Below, one piece after another: positions 26,460 through 36,889 of a stretch of DNA of 64,000 nucleotides (positions within the stretch are counted from its first letter, which is position 1; every line of letters begins with the position of its first letter). The notes under the pieces were generated by a model. That model made no database searches. It was not told the DNA's origin and saw only the letters and a program-made list of their open reading frames with translations. Both the position numbers and the translations under genes were made by a program. This DNA comes from an uncultured Thioalkalispiraceae bacterium (GTDB lineage Bacteria; Pseudomonadota; Gammaproteobacteria; UBA6429; Thiohalophilaceae): assembly GCA_964514215.1 (NCBI GenBank), contig CAZEPW010000012.1:834-64833 (forward strand). Direction: 5' to 3'.

Positions 26460-27017
26460 ATGCAATTTTTTTATAATATTTTTCATGGTGTTTATCTGCG
26501 TTTATTATTAACCGGCCTAGTTTTTACTGTTAGTGCTTGTGCAATAACCGATGTGCAACAGCATCATAACGATACTGAAATAACTAAGGTTTTACCGCCA
26601 AAAAAAATATCACAAAAAAATGATCATGCGCTGCATAATCTGCAACATCAAAGTCGTAAAAATATTTTGGTGACTAATTTAAATACCGATGATCACAATA
26701 TTGGCAGCAATAAAATTTCAAAAATTGAGTTTATATGCTCGGCTCAATTACAATGCGTTAAACTTATTCAAAATAAAATAATGAGTTTTTGGGATTATCC
26801 AAAAAGTTACCCTAAATTTAAAACAATTTTAGTTCTAGAATTGAATCGTGACGGTTATATAACTATTATAAGGTTAAAGCGTAGCAGTGGCCGACGTGAT
26901 TTTGATGATTCGGTTATTAAAGCCGTTCGACAGGCCGCACCGTTCACTGAAATAACCCATTTACCCGAGTTAACGCTTTCTGAGTTTTCATCAATTGAAA
27001 TGGTTTTTAAACGTTAA
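26460..27017 (+). CDS. Lipoprotein with TonB/TolA C-terminal-like domain
   Basis: The internal ATG at 26460 gives the lipobox TVSAC. The C-terminal segment ...WDYP...ILVLELNRDGYI...SSGRRDFDDSVIKAVRQAAPF resembles the TonB_C fold. The track extension back to 26367 overlaps rsmD. Confidence 0.6.
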   Translation: MQFFYNIFHGVYLRLLLTGLVFTVSACAITDVQQHHNDTEITKVLPPKKISQKNDHALHNLQHQSRKNILVTNLNTDDHNIGSNKISKIEFICSAQLQCVKLIQNKIMSFWDYPKSYPKFKTILVLELNRDGYITIIRLKRSSGRRDFDDSVIKAVRQAAPFTEITHLPELTLSEFSSIEMVFKR

Positions 27018-27082
27018 TGAATTCTATATTAACTATTCAGTCAATACTGCATCAGTGCTGTTCACTATAAGAGTTTACATTT

Positions 27083-27562
27083 ATGGATAATATTGCAATT
27101 TACCCTGGAACATTTGACCCAATAACAAATGGTCATTACGATTTAGTGCGCCGTGCTGCAAAATTGTTTGATAAAGTTATTGTGGCTATCGCAAATAGCA
27201 GTAGTAAAAAACCTATTTTTGGTATTGATGAGCGCGTTTCATTGACCACCAGTGTGTTGCAAGATATTAACAATGTTGAGGTCTGTGGTTTTGACAGCTT
27301 GTTAATCGATTTTGCCAAACAAAAAAATGCCAATATTATTTTAAGGGGATTACGCGCGGTTTCCGATTTTGAGTACGAATTTCAACTTGCCAGCATGAAT
27401 CGGCATTTATCGGCAGAGATTGAAACCCTGTTTTTGACACCGGCGGAAGAATATTCTTATATTTCATCAAGTTTGGTGCGTGAAGTGGCCAGTTTAGGGG
27501 GGGATGTGTCCCCATTTGTGCATCAAAAAGTTGTAGCTGCAATTAATAACAGAATCGGCTAA
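27083..27562 (+). CDS. coaD: Phosphopantetheine adenylyltransferase
   Basis: [20 protein letters not shown] and the ISSSLVRE motif. Confidence 0.96.
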   Translation: MDNIAIYPGTFDPITNGHYDLVRRAAKLFDKVIVAIANSSSKKPIFGIDERVSLTTSVLQDINNVEVCGFDSLLIDFAKQKNANIILRGLRAVSDFEYEFQLASMNRHLSAEIETLFLTPAEEYSYISSSLVREVASLGGDVSPFVHQKVVAAINNRIG

Positions 27563-27823
<261 letters not shown>

Positions 27824-27824
27824 T

Positions 27825-27936
27825 CTTGATGTTTTAACGCGAGATTCCGGCTCCAAAAAATGACTGGAATGAGAGTTATTTTTAAGTTTGAGCTTTAAAA
27901 AAATAACCCCCATTCGGAAACAAACCTCAGCTTAAC
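27825..27936 (+). repeat. Intergenic MITE-like repeat copy (one terminal hairpin module plus core)
   Basis: About 80 percent identical by eye over 112 bp to the reverse complement of 54451..54562. Contains the hairpin ATTCCGG-N13-CTGGAAT. Confidence 0.7.
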
Positions 27937-28019
27937 TCGCTATTTCTATTGCTAAAAATTTTAAAGTAATCAATAATTTAAATATTATTTAAGATTGTTT
28001 ATTTTAGTTGCGATAAGGA

Positions 28020-29699
28020 ATGATGATGCGCTTAGTTCAACACCTATTTATTTTTTTATTTATAACTCTGCAAGCCAGTTTTGTTAATAGTGCGGAACCT
28101 ACCGCTAACGCTGGTATTGCGACTGCCCACCCTTTGGCGACTCAAGCTGGTTTTGAAATATTAGCGCAAGGCGGAAATGCCTTTGATGCGGCGGTTGCGG
28201 TTAGTGCCACGTTAGCGGTGGTTGAGCCTTATAGCTCCGGTCTTGGTGGTGGTGGTTTCTGGTTATTACACGATGCTAAAAGTAAACGGGATGTTGTCAT
28301 TGATGGTCGGGAACGGGCTCCGTATGCGGCTAATGAAACCCTATATCAAGATTCGAAAGGTAACGTTATTGCTAAGTTATCAGTTGATGGTGCATTGGCA
28401 GCTGGTATTCCGGGAGAACCTGCTGCATTGGTACACATAGCCAAAAAATACGGCAAGCTTGCTTTATCGAAAAGTTTGGCTCCGGCCATTCGTGCAGCTA
28501 AAACCGGCTTTGTTGTAACTGAACAATATCAGCGTATGGCAGGTTTTCGGTTAAGCGCATTACAACAATCACCGGCTGCGGCTAAGATATTTTTGTTGCA
28601 TAATAAAGTGCCGCCACTGGGGCATAAAATTATTCAAACTGATTTAGCGGTTACTTTGGAGCGTATCAGCCAATTTGGTTTTAATGGTTTTTATCAGGGC
28701 GAGATTGCAAAAAAACTGGTTAAAGGAACACGTGCTGCAAACGGCATTTGGACATTAAAAGATTTATCGGAATATCAAATCGTTGAACGCGCACCATTAA
28801 TTGGACAGTATCAAGGCTATAAAATCACGAGTGTGCCACCGCCATCATCCGGTGGTGTGGCACTATTGTCGATGTTTAATATGTTGTCAAATTATGATTT
28901 AAAAAAATTGTCTGCGCTAAAACAAAAACATTTAATAGTAGAAGTCATGCGCCGAGCCTATCGTGATCGGGCTGAGTTTTTAGGTGATAGTGATGTGGTT
29001 GATGTTCCTGTGTCAACGTTGATCAGTAAATCTCACGCTAAAAAATTAATAGCTAATATCAATTTAGCAAAAGCCAGCCCAAGTAATGCGTTAGCAAAAA
29101 ATTTAAAATTGTCCGAAGGCCAAGATACCACGCATTTTTCAATAATTGATCAACAAGGAAATCGTGTCTCGGCAACACTCAGTGTAAACTATCCATTTGG
29201 TTCGTGTTTTGTGGCACCCGGAACCGGCATCTTACTCAATGATGAAATGGATGACTTTTCTGCTAAGCCGGGTATTCCCAATGTTTATGGTTTGGTTGGC
29301 GCTAAGGCCAATGCGATTGCACCGGGTAAACGCATGTTATCAAGCATGAGTCCGAGTTTTATTGAAAATGATGAACAGCTTGCGATTATCGGTACTCCAG
29401 GTGGTAGTCGAATTATCACGATGGTATTTCATGGCATGATGGCCTTTATTAATGGCGCATCAGCACAAGAAATTGTTGATTTACCGCGTTACCACCATCA
29501 ATACTTACCGGATGTTATTCAAGCTGAAGCGAAGGCTATATCAAAACCAGAATTTACTGCATTACATAAGCTTGGGCATACCATTAAAAAATTAGATTCA
29601 AACTATGGCAATATGCAATTGGTGATTCAAAACAAAAAAACTAAAAAAGTTTCTGTCGCGAGTGATTTCCGTGGCGAAGGTTTAGCTAAAGCAAAGTAA
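28020..29699 (+). CDS. ggt: Gamma-glutamyltranspeptidase
   Basis: Signal peptide, autoprocessing site GQDTTHFSIID, and GGSRII motif. Confidence 0.95.
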   Translation: MMMRLVQHLFIFLFITLQASFVNSAEPTANAGIATAHPLATQAGFEILAQGGNAFDAAVAVSATLAVVEPYSSGLGGGGFWLLHDAKSKRDVVIDGRERAPYAANETLYQDSKGNVIAKLSVDGALAAGIPGEPAALVHIAKKYGKLALSKSLAPAIRAAKTGFVVTEQYQRMAGFRLSALQQSPAAAKIFLLHNKVPPLGHKIIQTDLAVTLERISQFGFNGFYQGEIAKKLVKGTRAANGIWTLKDLSEYQIVERAPLIGQYQGYKITSVPPPSSGGVALLSMFNMLSNYDLKKLSALKQKHLIVEVMRRAYRDRAEFLGDSDVVDVPVSTLISKSHAKKLIANINLAKASPSNALAKNLKLSEGQDTTHFSIIDQQGNRVSATLSVNYPFGSCFVAPGTGILLNDEMDDFSAKPGIPNVYGLVGAKANAIAPGKRMLSSMSPSFIENDEQLAIIGTPGGSRIITMVFHGMMAFINGASAQEIVDLPRYHHQYLPDVIQAEAKAISKPEFTALHKLGHTIKKLDSNYGNMQLVIQNKKTKKVSVASDFRGEGLAKAK

Positions 29700-29728
29700 C
29701 TTGGTTTGAGTTTGTATCTGGATAACCG

Positions 29729-30103
29729 CTATTTAATTAGTCTTAAATTAATAGGGTAACGATAATACTCACCATTATTGGCTTTTATCGCAGCAATAAT
29801 GGTGATGACAAAAACGAAAATGGCTAATATAAAAAATAAAAAAATTCCTATCACGATAAAGCTAAGTAAGAAACAAACAAAACCGGCGATAGTCATGGTG
29901 ATTTGAAAATTTAACGCTTCTTTGCCTTGATCCGCCACAAACGGCATTTCATCTTTTTTCATCAACCACACAATCAGCGGGCCAAGTATATTGGCGAAAG
30001 GAATCATTAGATACATCGCAAAGCTGCTCAGGTGGCATGCCATCCCCCAATTTCGGTGTTCGCTGTTTGTTTCTGTTATTTTATTGTCTAGATCCGAGCT
30101 CAT
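29729..30103 (-). CDS. DUF4870-like small membrane protein
   Basis: WGMACHLS...LGPLIVWLMKKD...FVADQGKEALNFQIT pattern with 3-4 TM helices. Confidence 0.65.
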   Translation of the reverse strand: MSSDLDNKITETNSEHRNWGMACHLSSFAMYLMIPFANILGPLIVWLMKKDEMPFVADQGKEALNFQITMTIAGFVCFLLSFIVIGIFLFFILAIFVFVITIIAAIKANNGEYYRYPINLRLIK

Positions 30104-30176
30104 TAACGACCTGATTTTTAATTTATATAAAAGTAATGGAATAAAACACTTGTTATCAGAAGCTTAGCGAGTTCTG

Positions 30177-31055
30177 TTAGATAACGCAACTCGTTTGATG
30201 TTTAACGATGCGTTCAATTTGCCTAAGCTCACGCCCCGAATAATTCATGGCGTTATCGACCCAGCTATGACAACTTTCGAGCAATTTGATATAAGGTGTT
30301 TGGTTAATCCGATTGGCAATTTGTTTTAAACTATTATTTGAATCACTATTTTTTTGATGCTGATTGATATAACGAATAACAGCGTCAGTGCTACCGCCAG
30401 TATCAACGACCACATCAACAACACCTAATTGCGCCAATTCATCAGCGCTATAGCGTTTTGAACTTGAAATAATGTTTTGTGCCGTTTTTGAGCCTACTTT
30501 TCGAGTTAGGTAATATGATAGACCTAAACATGGAAATAATTTTATATCAAAATCTGAAAAACCAAATGTTGCCTGTCGTTCAGCTATAATCACGTCACTT
30601 GCTAGCGCTGCTTCAAAGCCACCATCTAATGCGGTGCCCGTTACCTGTGCAATACGCAGCTGTTGAAAGTGTGATGCGAAATTAAAAATCACATCAAGAT
30701 TAAGTTTGATATAATTAAAAAGTGTTTCTCGATCGTATTTAATTATTAAGCTGCGAATATAATCTAAGTCGCCACCGTAGCTAAATATTTTAGGGTTAGC
30801 AGAGGCTAAAACAATGGCTTTAATGCTGGTGTGTTTTTGTTGATTGAGATGTAAACTGAAACTTAGATCATGCAACAAGCTTGTGGTAAAGCAAGCTCGT
30901 ACTTGTGAAGACATGGTTAACCATAAACAGTTGGTTGTTTGGGAATAGCTTGAGCTGACTTGGGCTCCATCTGATTGTTCGTTGCTTGATATCAAATCGG
31001 ATGAAAAGTCGAAGGCCTGAGTTTTGTTTAAGTTTGATTTACTCGCTAAATCCAT
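30177..31055 (-). CDS. Crotonase-superfamily protein resembling DSF synthase RpfF/DspI
   Basis: ALDGGFEAALASDVIIAE...LFPCLGLSYYL...YSADELAQLGVVDVVV is collinear with the RpfF pattern recalled from memory. Confidence 0.6.
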   Translation of the reverse strand: MDLASKSNLNKTQAFDFSSDLISSNEQSDGAQVSSSYSQTTNCLWLTMSSQVRACFTTSLLHDLSFSLHLNQQKHTSIKAIVLASANPKIFSYGGDLDYIRSLIIKYDRETLFNYIKLNLDVIFNFASHFQQLRIAQVTGTALDGGFEAALASDVIIAERQATFGFSDFDIKLFPCLGLSYYLTRKVGSKTAQNIISSSKRYSADELAQLGVVDVVVDTGGSTDAVIRYINQHQKNSDSNNSLKQIANRINQTPYIKLLESCHSWVDNAMNYSGRELRQIERIVKHQTSCVI

Positions 31056-31291
31056 ATTTTAATCGCTCAATGTTTATCCACTTTTATATTTATCACAGTG
31101 TATAGTAAGCACTACTTGACGTACATAAATAACAGTGTATCAATTTAGTATTTGTTAATGCCATTATTATAACAATTGTTTTATAACAGCTTAATGTTTA
31201 TTTATTAATCAGAAACCAGTTAATTGATTGAATTTTGAACTGCTATTTTAAAACCATTATAAGTTGTTTAAATTTCATACGGATACTTAGG

Positions 31292-32107
31292 TTAGCGTTG
31301 ACAGCAGCTACAATAATAGCTTGAACGATTATTTTGTGTGATGAGTTTAATACTTCGAGAACAATTTTTACAAGGCCGGCCTTCTCGATCATAGACATTG
31401 AGTTGTTGTTTAAAATATCCAGGTTTACCATCGCTATTACTAAAGTCGCGTAATGTGGTTCCTCCTTGGGCGATGGCGTTTGTTAAGACAGTTTTTATTG
31501 CTCGGCATAATTTTAAATAACGTGCTTTTGAAATGCCTCCTGCGGCACGCGTTGGTTTGATTCCGGCTAAGTATAGGCTTTCGCTGGCGTATATATTTCC
31601 TACTCCAACAACAATTTTACTGTCCATAATAAATTGTTTGATTGATATTGTGCGTTTTCTCGAACGTTTATATAAATAATCGACATCAAATTCTTGCAGT
31701 AGTGGTTCTGGACCCAAGTGATTTATTAACTTGTGTTGTTCGATACTGTCAGTGGTCCATAAAATTGCGCCAAAGCGCCGAGGATCATGATAACGCAAAC
31801 AATGCGAGTTATTAAAGATGATATCAACGTGATCGTGTTTAGCGGCTGGAGCATCTTTTTCTATAAATCGTAAGCTGCCCGACATTCCTAAGTGGATAAT
31901 CAGGGTTCCATGTGAAACGTTAATCAAAATATATTTTGCTCGACGAGTTACGGATACCACGGTTTTATTTTTTAATAGTTCAGGTAATTTTTTTGGAATT
32001 GGCCAGCGTAAGTGATGTTGTCGAATAATAACTTTAGTTACTTTTTGGTTGACGATATGTGGTGCAATTCCATTTACAGTGGTTTCTACTTCGGGTAACT
32101 CGGGCAT
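31292..32107 (-). CDS. mutM: Formamidopyrimidine-DNA glycosylase
   Basis: MPELPEVET N-terminus and C-terminal zinc finger CKNC...CSCCQ. Confidence 0.97.
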   Translation of the reverse strand: MPELPEVETTVNGIAPHIVNQKVTKVIIRQHHLRWPIPKKLPELLKNKTVVSVTRRAKYILINVSHGTLIIHLGMSGSLRFIEKDAPAAKHDHVDIIFNNSHCLRYHDPRRFGAILWTTDSIEQHKLINHLGPEPLLQEFDVDYLYKRSRKRTISIKQFIMDSKIVVGVGNIYASESLYLAGIKPTRAAGGISKARYLKLCRAIKTVLTNAIAQGGTTLRDFSNSDGKPGYFKQQLNVYDREGRPCKNCSRSIKLITQNNRSSYYCSCCQR

Positions 32108-32292
32108 AATATATTGTATTAACTTTTGTATTTGAATTATTTAAATGTGCCAATGCACCATAAACGAGCTTGTTAGCAATTACAAATTCATTGTGAAAAT
32201 GAGTGCTATTACGACTAAAATTCGTATAAATGATTGAAAAAAAATTAATCTAAGATAACCTTAAAGTTACACTATCTAAGAGAGCGACAAAA

Positions 32293-32688
32293 ATGAAGAT
32301 ATTTAGAAATGTTAACAGTGAGATTAACCGCAGTATAACTGCCTTGATCATTTGTGTATTTATTTCAATGGGGTTTGTTTCAACCGTTCAAGCTTCAATG
32401 GTGAGTACTCAAGAACTAGCTTCGGCGAGCATCAAACAACAAGCTCGCGATACTGTAAAAATTTCTTTACAGCGAGTCGAAGTACAACAACAATTAACCA
32501 GTATGGGTGTCGAACCCGATTTAGTATTATCTCGAGTAGAGAGTATGAGTAATGCAGAAATTCAAGAGCTATCCGGTTTAATTGAACAAAAACCTGCTGG
32601 TAGCGGTATTATTGGTTTGCTTGGATTTATTTTGGTGGTATTACTGATTACGGACTTATTAAATCTAACCAATGTTTATAATATTTAA
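32293..32688 (+). CDS. PA2779-family-like small protein
   Basis: Signal/TM helix, then LTSMGVEPDLVLSRVESMSNAEIQEL...KPAGSG and a C-terminal TM helix ending ITDLLNLTNVY. Family assignment is from memory. Confidence 0.55.
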   Translation: MKIFRNVNSEINRSITALIICVFISMGFVSTVQASMVSTQELASASIKQQARDTVKISLQRVEVQQQLTSMGVEPDLVLSRVESMSNAEIQELSGLIEQKPAGSGIIGLLGFILVVLLITDLLNLTNVYNI

Positions 32689-33543
32689 TTAAATATTTTG
32701 ATTTGGTATTTTTAATAATCTGTCGGCCATGTCGTGGTTTAATTTATATTGTAGTTTTAAATCGTTTCGAATAAAGAAATAATTTTCATCGGTTACGACA
32801 ATATCAAATACTATTGGCGTGCTATTGTTATTAATAAATATTTTTACGCTGTATTTTTTATTTATATTGTTACTATTCGATAATTTTACAATTTCGATTG
32901 CTTGGCTATTATTCCATTCTGAAACTAATTGAATGACATCATCTGTACTACTGTTATCGAGTTTAGGGCTTATTGTCCACTTGGAGTTAAGCAACTGAAT
33001 TTGGTGTTTATCAAGCTCAATACCAGTAATTTTTTTCTGTTTTCCAATAAGGGCATGGTCGATGTAACCTGTGGCTGTGCTATTTAATAAATAAAAAAAT
33101 CGGTCGGGTATCAAATATAGTTTTTCATTGGTTAATATATAGCGATTAAGATTTAGTTGCTCGTTGGTGCCAAAAATAAATAGTTGTTCATTAAGTTTTA
33201 GTGTGGCTTGAGCGGGCTTTAATTTAAATTTATTTTTATCTGCATTTGAAATACTGAATTGTGAGATACTTTTAGCTTGAGTTATACGCAATAATGATTC
33301 GATATAATAGCTATTGGCTCGTACCTTATAGGGTGAAGTCATATACCATTGATTATTTTTTTTATTAAATTTAAGTGTTTCAGCTGTTTGCCGTGTGATT
33401 TCAATTGTATTAACTTGAGCTTGAGTTAAGTTACTTAAATTATAACTGGTTACTGTTGTTTTATTGGAATCAACAAATAATACAGCGACTAAGGTTGCAA
33501 CCAGTAAAAAAAGAAAGATGTTAATAGTTGTTCTAGAATTCAT
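32689..33543 (-). CDS. DUF4340-like periplasmic protein of the GldG-type ABC system
   Basis: N-terminal anchor. Its start abuts the stop of the GldG-like gene. Assignment rests on context. Confidence 0.55.
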   Translation of the reverse strand: MNSRTTINIFLFLLVATLVAVLFVDSNKTTVTSYNLSNLTQAQVNTIEITRQTAETLKFNKKNNQWYMTSPYKVRANSYYIESLLRITQAKSISQFSISNADKNKFKLKPAQATLKLNEQLFIFGTNEQLNLNRYILTNEKLYLIPDRFFYLLNSTATGYIDHALIGKQKKITGIELDKHQIQLLNSKWTISPKLDNSSTDDVIQLVSEWNNSQAIEIVKLSNSNNINKKYSVKIFINNNSTPIVFDIVVTDENYFFIRNDLKLQYKLNHDMADRLLKIPNQNI

Positions 33544-34941
33544 TTATTTTTTTGAGCGTTTGCGCCAAATTGTAAACCCGGCAATGGTTAATAGTAGCGG
33601 TAAAATAATTAATAGTATAAGTGCGATACTCCACCATGTTTTTTGATCGAGTGTTATTTTAGTATCAATTGCTATTTTAGACGAAATAGAAATAAAGTTA
33701 TCATCGTGGCTTATCCAGTTAAATATATTAACTGCTAAATCGCGATTCCCTTGATTACCGATATAAGTATTTGATAAAAAGTCACCGTCTCCTAATACAA
33801 CAATGCGTTGTTTTTTGTTTGGCGTGGAATTAGCATTAGGGCTGGTTCGCGATAGTGCCATTCCAATGTTTAATGGCCCCGGAATATCTTTGTCGGCATT
33901 GAAGTCGATAGTACCTTGTAAAACGCCAGTTTCCGACCAGCTTCTCGCTACTGTTTTGAGCAAGACCGTGCTATTCCAGTGTGCGGCTGATTTTAATGGT
34001 GTTGTTGCATCTTGTGGTTGCTGGTATTTTATCGCAACAGCTTGGGGGAATACTGTGATTAGTGCAAAGTCACGTGTAATCGCATGAGAATCATATTTAG
34101 TGACAATAGATATAGTTGGGCTAGAAATTCCATAGAGCTGGGTTGATGGATCAACTATTGTTCCTGGTTCAAAGCTAATATTTAATTCTGCGGCTAATGA
34201 CTCTAAACCAAACATTGAACCGGGCTCGTGCAGCCACAAGAGATTACCACCATTGGCGATGTAGTTTTTTATAATAGTAATTTCACCCGGTAAATAATTT
34301 ACCTGTGTGCTGGCAATAACGATTGCGGCAATCTTATTGGGAATGATAGGGGTGTTATTTAAATCAATGCTGGTAGTTTTGATGCCAGTTTTATTGAGAT
34401 AACTGGTGAAGGCATTTAAATCGTAATTTGCTTTGCCTTTTGGCCGACGTTCACCATGGCCCGATATAAATCCGATATGGGTATCGTTGCTACGTAGTAG
34501 TCGTAATAATGAATTAGTTAATAGTTCTTCATTTAAAAATTGTAAATGTTCAGAACGATTATTGTATTCAACAATGAGTTCACCATCCACTTTAATTCCA
34601 AGCTTTCTTATGATATCGGGGTTTGTGTCAGGGTTAATATATTCAAGCTCGATGTCAGGTTTTACTCGTACGTATTGCGATAATTTTTCGGCAATCACTT
34701 TTCTAATTGGTTGAATATCGCCAGAACGCACAAAAATTTGAATTTTTATTTTATCGGGCATGCGTTGCAAAACTTTTATGCTGGCATCCGATAAAGTATG
34801 CCTGCTAGTAGCAGTAAGATCATATTCAATATTATATTTATTACTTAAATACGCCAATAGTCCAATGACCGATAAAAAGCTAACATAAAATAGCAGGTTT
34901 TGTAGGCGTAAATGTAAGCGCGATTTTTTAGTAACATCCAT
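33544..34941 (-). CDS. GldG-like ABC transporter auxiliary component
   Basis: 465 aa with N- and C-terminal TM helices flanking a large periplasmic domain. It lies directly downstream of the ABC-2 permease. Confidence 0.7.
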   Translation of the reverse strand: MDVTKKSRLHLRLQNLLFYVSFLSVIGLLAYLSNKYNIEYDLTATSRHTLSDASIKVLQRMPDKIKIQIFVRSGDIQPIRKVIAEKLSQYVRVKPDIELEYINPDTNPDIIRKLGIKVDGELIVEYNNRSEHLQFLNEELLTNSLLRLLRSNDTHIGFISGHGERRPKGKANYDLNAFTSYLNKTGIKTTSIDLNNTPIIPNKIAAIVIASTQVNYLPGEITIIKNYIANGGNLLWLHEPGSMFGLESLAAELNISFEPGTIVDPSTQLYGISSPTISIVTKYDSHAITRDFALITVFPQAVAIKYQQPQDATTPLKSAAHWNSTVLLKTVARSWSETGVLQGTIDFNADKDIPGPLNIGMALSRTSPNANSTPNKKQRIVVLGDGDFLSNTYIGNQGNRDLAVNIFNWISHDDNFISISSKIAIDTKITLDQKTWWSIALILLIILPLLLTIAGFTIWRKRSKK

Positions 34942-34958
34942 ATGTGATAACTATTTAG

Positions 34959-35708
34959 TTAATGTTGTAGCCGATCGTTATCGAGTCGCCGAATACTTAA
35001 AACGATAAACATCAATATCAGCAATATATAATAAATAACATCACTACTTTTAAAAAATCCTGTGAATAAATTGTCTAAATGACTGCGTAGTGAAATATAG
35101 GTGAATAGTCCTGTTGGATTATCCGAGGTTGCGAGTAGATCTATTAAATTTAAAAGTAATAAGCTGGTAAAACTAATAACGGCAGATAGTACTGGATTGT
35201 TTGTGAGAGTGGAAATATACAAACCAATAGCTGAAAATGTTGCTAAGATTAAAAAAAGTCCCATGATGTTACTTATAATTAAACCAAAGTCGAGACTGCC
35301 ACCTAGTAGCACTGTTAATGGCATGATTGTTATCATCGCAATGATGATAACCAAAAATAAAATAACTCCAAGGTATTTTCCAAGTATTATTTCTGTTATT
35401 GACAACGGCGCGGTGAATAATAATGTTAAGGTTTTATTTTGTCTTTCAGCGCTGATTAGTCTCATGGTTAGCAGCGGTATAATAATCATTAAAATAAATG
35501 TTGCCGAACCATAAAGTGATTCAACTATAATTGATGTTATTCCCGGGTCGCTGTTGTTTGCCTCGAGTTGTGGTTGGATTCCTAAATAAAGCTCAACGCT
35601 TTTTAGAAAGAATAAACATATAATAAATTGGGTAATCGCTAAAATGGCCCATGCTAATGGTGTTAGAAATAAGCTGCGTAATTCGCGAATCGCAATCGAC
35701 CAAATCAT
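34959..35708 (-). CDS. ABC-2 type permease (GldF-like)
   Basis: 249 aa with six TM helices. It overlaps the ATPase gene by 4 nt. Confidence 0.8.
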   Translation of the reverse strand: MIWSIAIRELRSLFLTPLAWAILAITQFIICLFFLKSVELYLGIQPQLEANNSDPGITSIIVESLYGSATFILMIIIPLLTMRLISAERQNKTLTLLFTAPLSITEIILGKYLGVILFLVIIIAMITIMPLTVLLGGSLDFGLIISNIMGLFLILATFSAIGLYISTLTNNPVLSAVISFTSLLLLNLIDLLATSDNPTGLFTYISLRSHLDNLFTGFFKSSDVIYYILLILMFIVLSIRRLDNDRLQH

Positions 35709-36700
35709 GCGTTAGTCCCTACGTTATGAATATTAGACGTGTCTGAATTATTTTCTTTATCATGCTCGGAAATATGGTCATTAGAGGTTATTTCAATGAA
35801 CACTTGTTCGAGTGATTTTTGTTCTGGTCTGAGTTCGAATAAGCGCCAGCCTTTGTTGACGGCACGCTCAATAATTACTTCAGCAACATCACTATTTGCG
35901 GCATGTTTAATTTGAAAGCTGTGATCATTAAGCTGGGTGCATTCTTCAACACCCTTTAGGCTGAGTAGTTCGGCAATTTTAGGTGGGTTTTTACAACGGA
36001 TGATAATCGCTGTTGAATCCATTTTATGGGTTAGGTTTTTAATGGTATCTGAAAAAACCAATTTGCCATTATTAATTATTTGCACTCGATCACAGGTCAT
36101 TTGAACTTCGGGCAGGATATGGGTTGATAGTAATACGCCATGCTCTTTGCCTAACTCTCGGATGAGTTTTCGTATTTCGGTAATCTGAATGGGATCCAAA
36201 CCAACCGTGGGCTCATCGAGTACAACAATTTCGGGTAAATGGATTATTGCTTGCGCAATTCCAATTCGTTGTTGAAAACCTTTTGATAAATTAGCGATTA
36301 ATCGTTTGCGTACTTGGTTGAGTCCGCACTGTTCTAAAGTGCGTTGTATGGCCTTAGTGACGTGTTTTTTGCTGATACGATTAATTTTAGCGCAATAAGA
36401 CAGGTATTCGTCAACCGTAGAGTCTTTATAAATAGGGGGTTGTTCAGGCAAATATCCAATTTGTAATTTAGCTTTTTTCGGTTTATCAAGTAAATCAATG
36501 CCATTGATGGTGATTCTTCCGGATGTTGGCGCTAAATTGCCGGTAATCATGTTCATGGTGGTGGATTTTCCTGCGCCATTGGGTCCGAGGAAACCTAGAA
36601 TTTCACCTTTATGCAGCTCAAAATCGAGTTTTTCTACTGCGGTAATGTTGCCATAATGTCTGGTTAAGTGCTGTACTTGAATTAAAGGCATATTACTCAT
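35705..36700 (-). CDS. ABC transporter ATP-binding protein (GldA-like)
   Basis: Walker A GPNGAGKST, signature LSKGFQQR, Walker B VVLDEPTVGLD. The likely start is MSNMPLIQVQHL; the track's TTG start is at 36745. Confidence 0.9.
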   Translation of the reverse strand: MSNMPLIQVQHLTRHYGNITAVEKLDFELHKGEILGFLGPNGAGKSTTMNMITGNLAPTSGRITINGIDLLDKPKKAKLQIGYLPEQPPIYKDSTVDEYLSYCAKINRISKKHVTKAIQRTLEQCGLNQVRKRLIANLSKGFQQRIGIAQAIIHLPEIVVLDEPTVGLDPIQITEIRKLIRELGKEHGVLLSTHILPEVQMTCDRVQIINNGKLVFSDTIKNLTHKMDSTAIIIRCKNPPKIAELLSLKGVEECTQLNDHSFQIKHAANSDVAEVIIERAVNKGWRLFELRPEQKSLEQVFIEITSNDHISEHDKENNSDTSNIHNVGTNA

Positions 36701-36889
36701 AATATTATTATAGTTATCAGGTTTATTCGATATTATTACGGCCAATTTATAATAAATTATAACTATTAGCTATTGTAGCTAAATAACAATAATTTTATTA
36801 CCACTCGAATATACCATAAATAGTAAATTTGTTCTTTATATTGGCTGGTATTTCAAATTTGGAAGTAAGGGATTAAATAAAATAGTTTC

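Noticed and set aside
31243-31431. 62-aa minus-strand ORF overlapping the 3-prime end of mutM
   Set aside because: It is an alternative frame of the mutM C-terminus, which carries the conserved zinc finger. There is no independent support for it.
35101-35514. 137-aa plus-strand ORF
   Set aside because: It is antisense inside the ABC-2 permease gene and is a mirror-image hydrophobic artefact.
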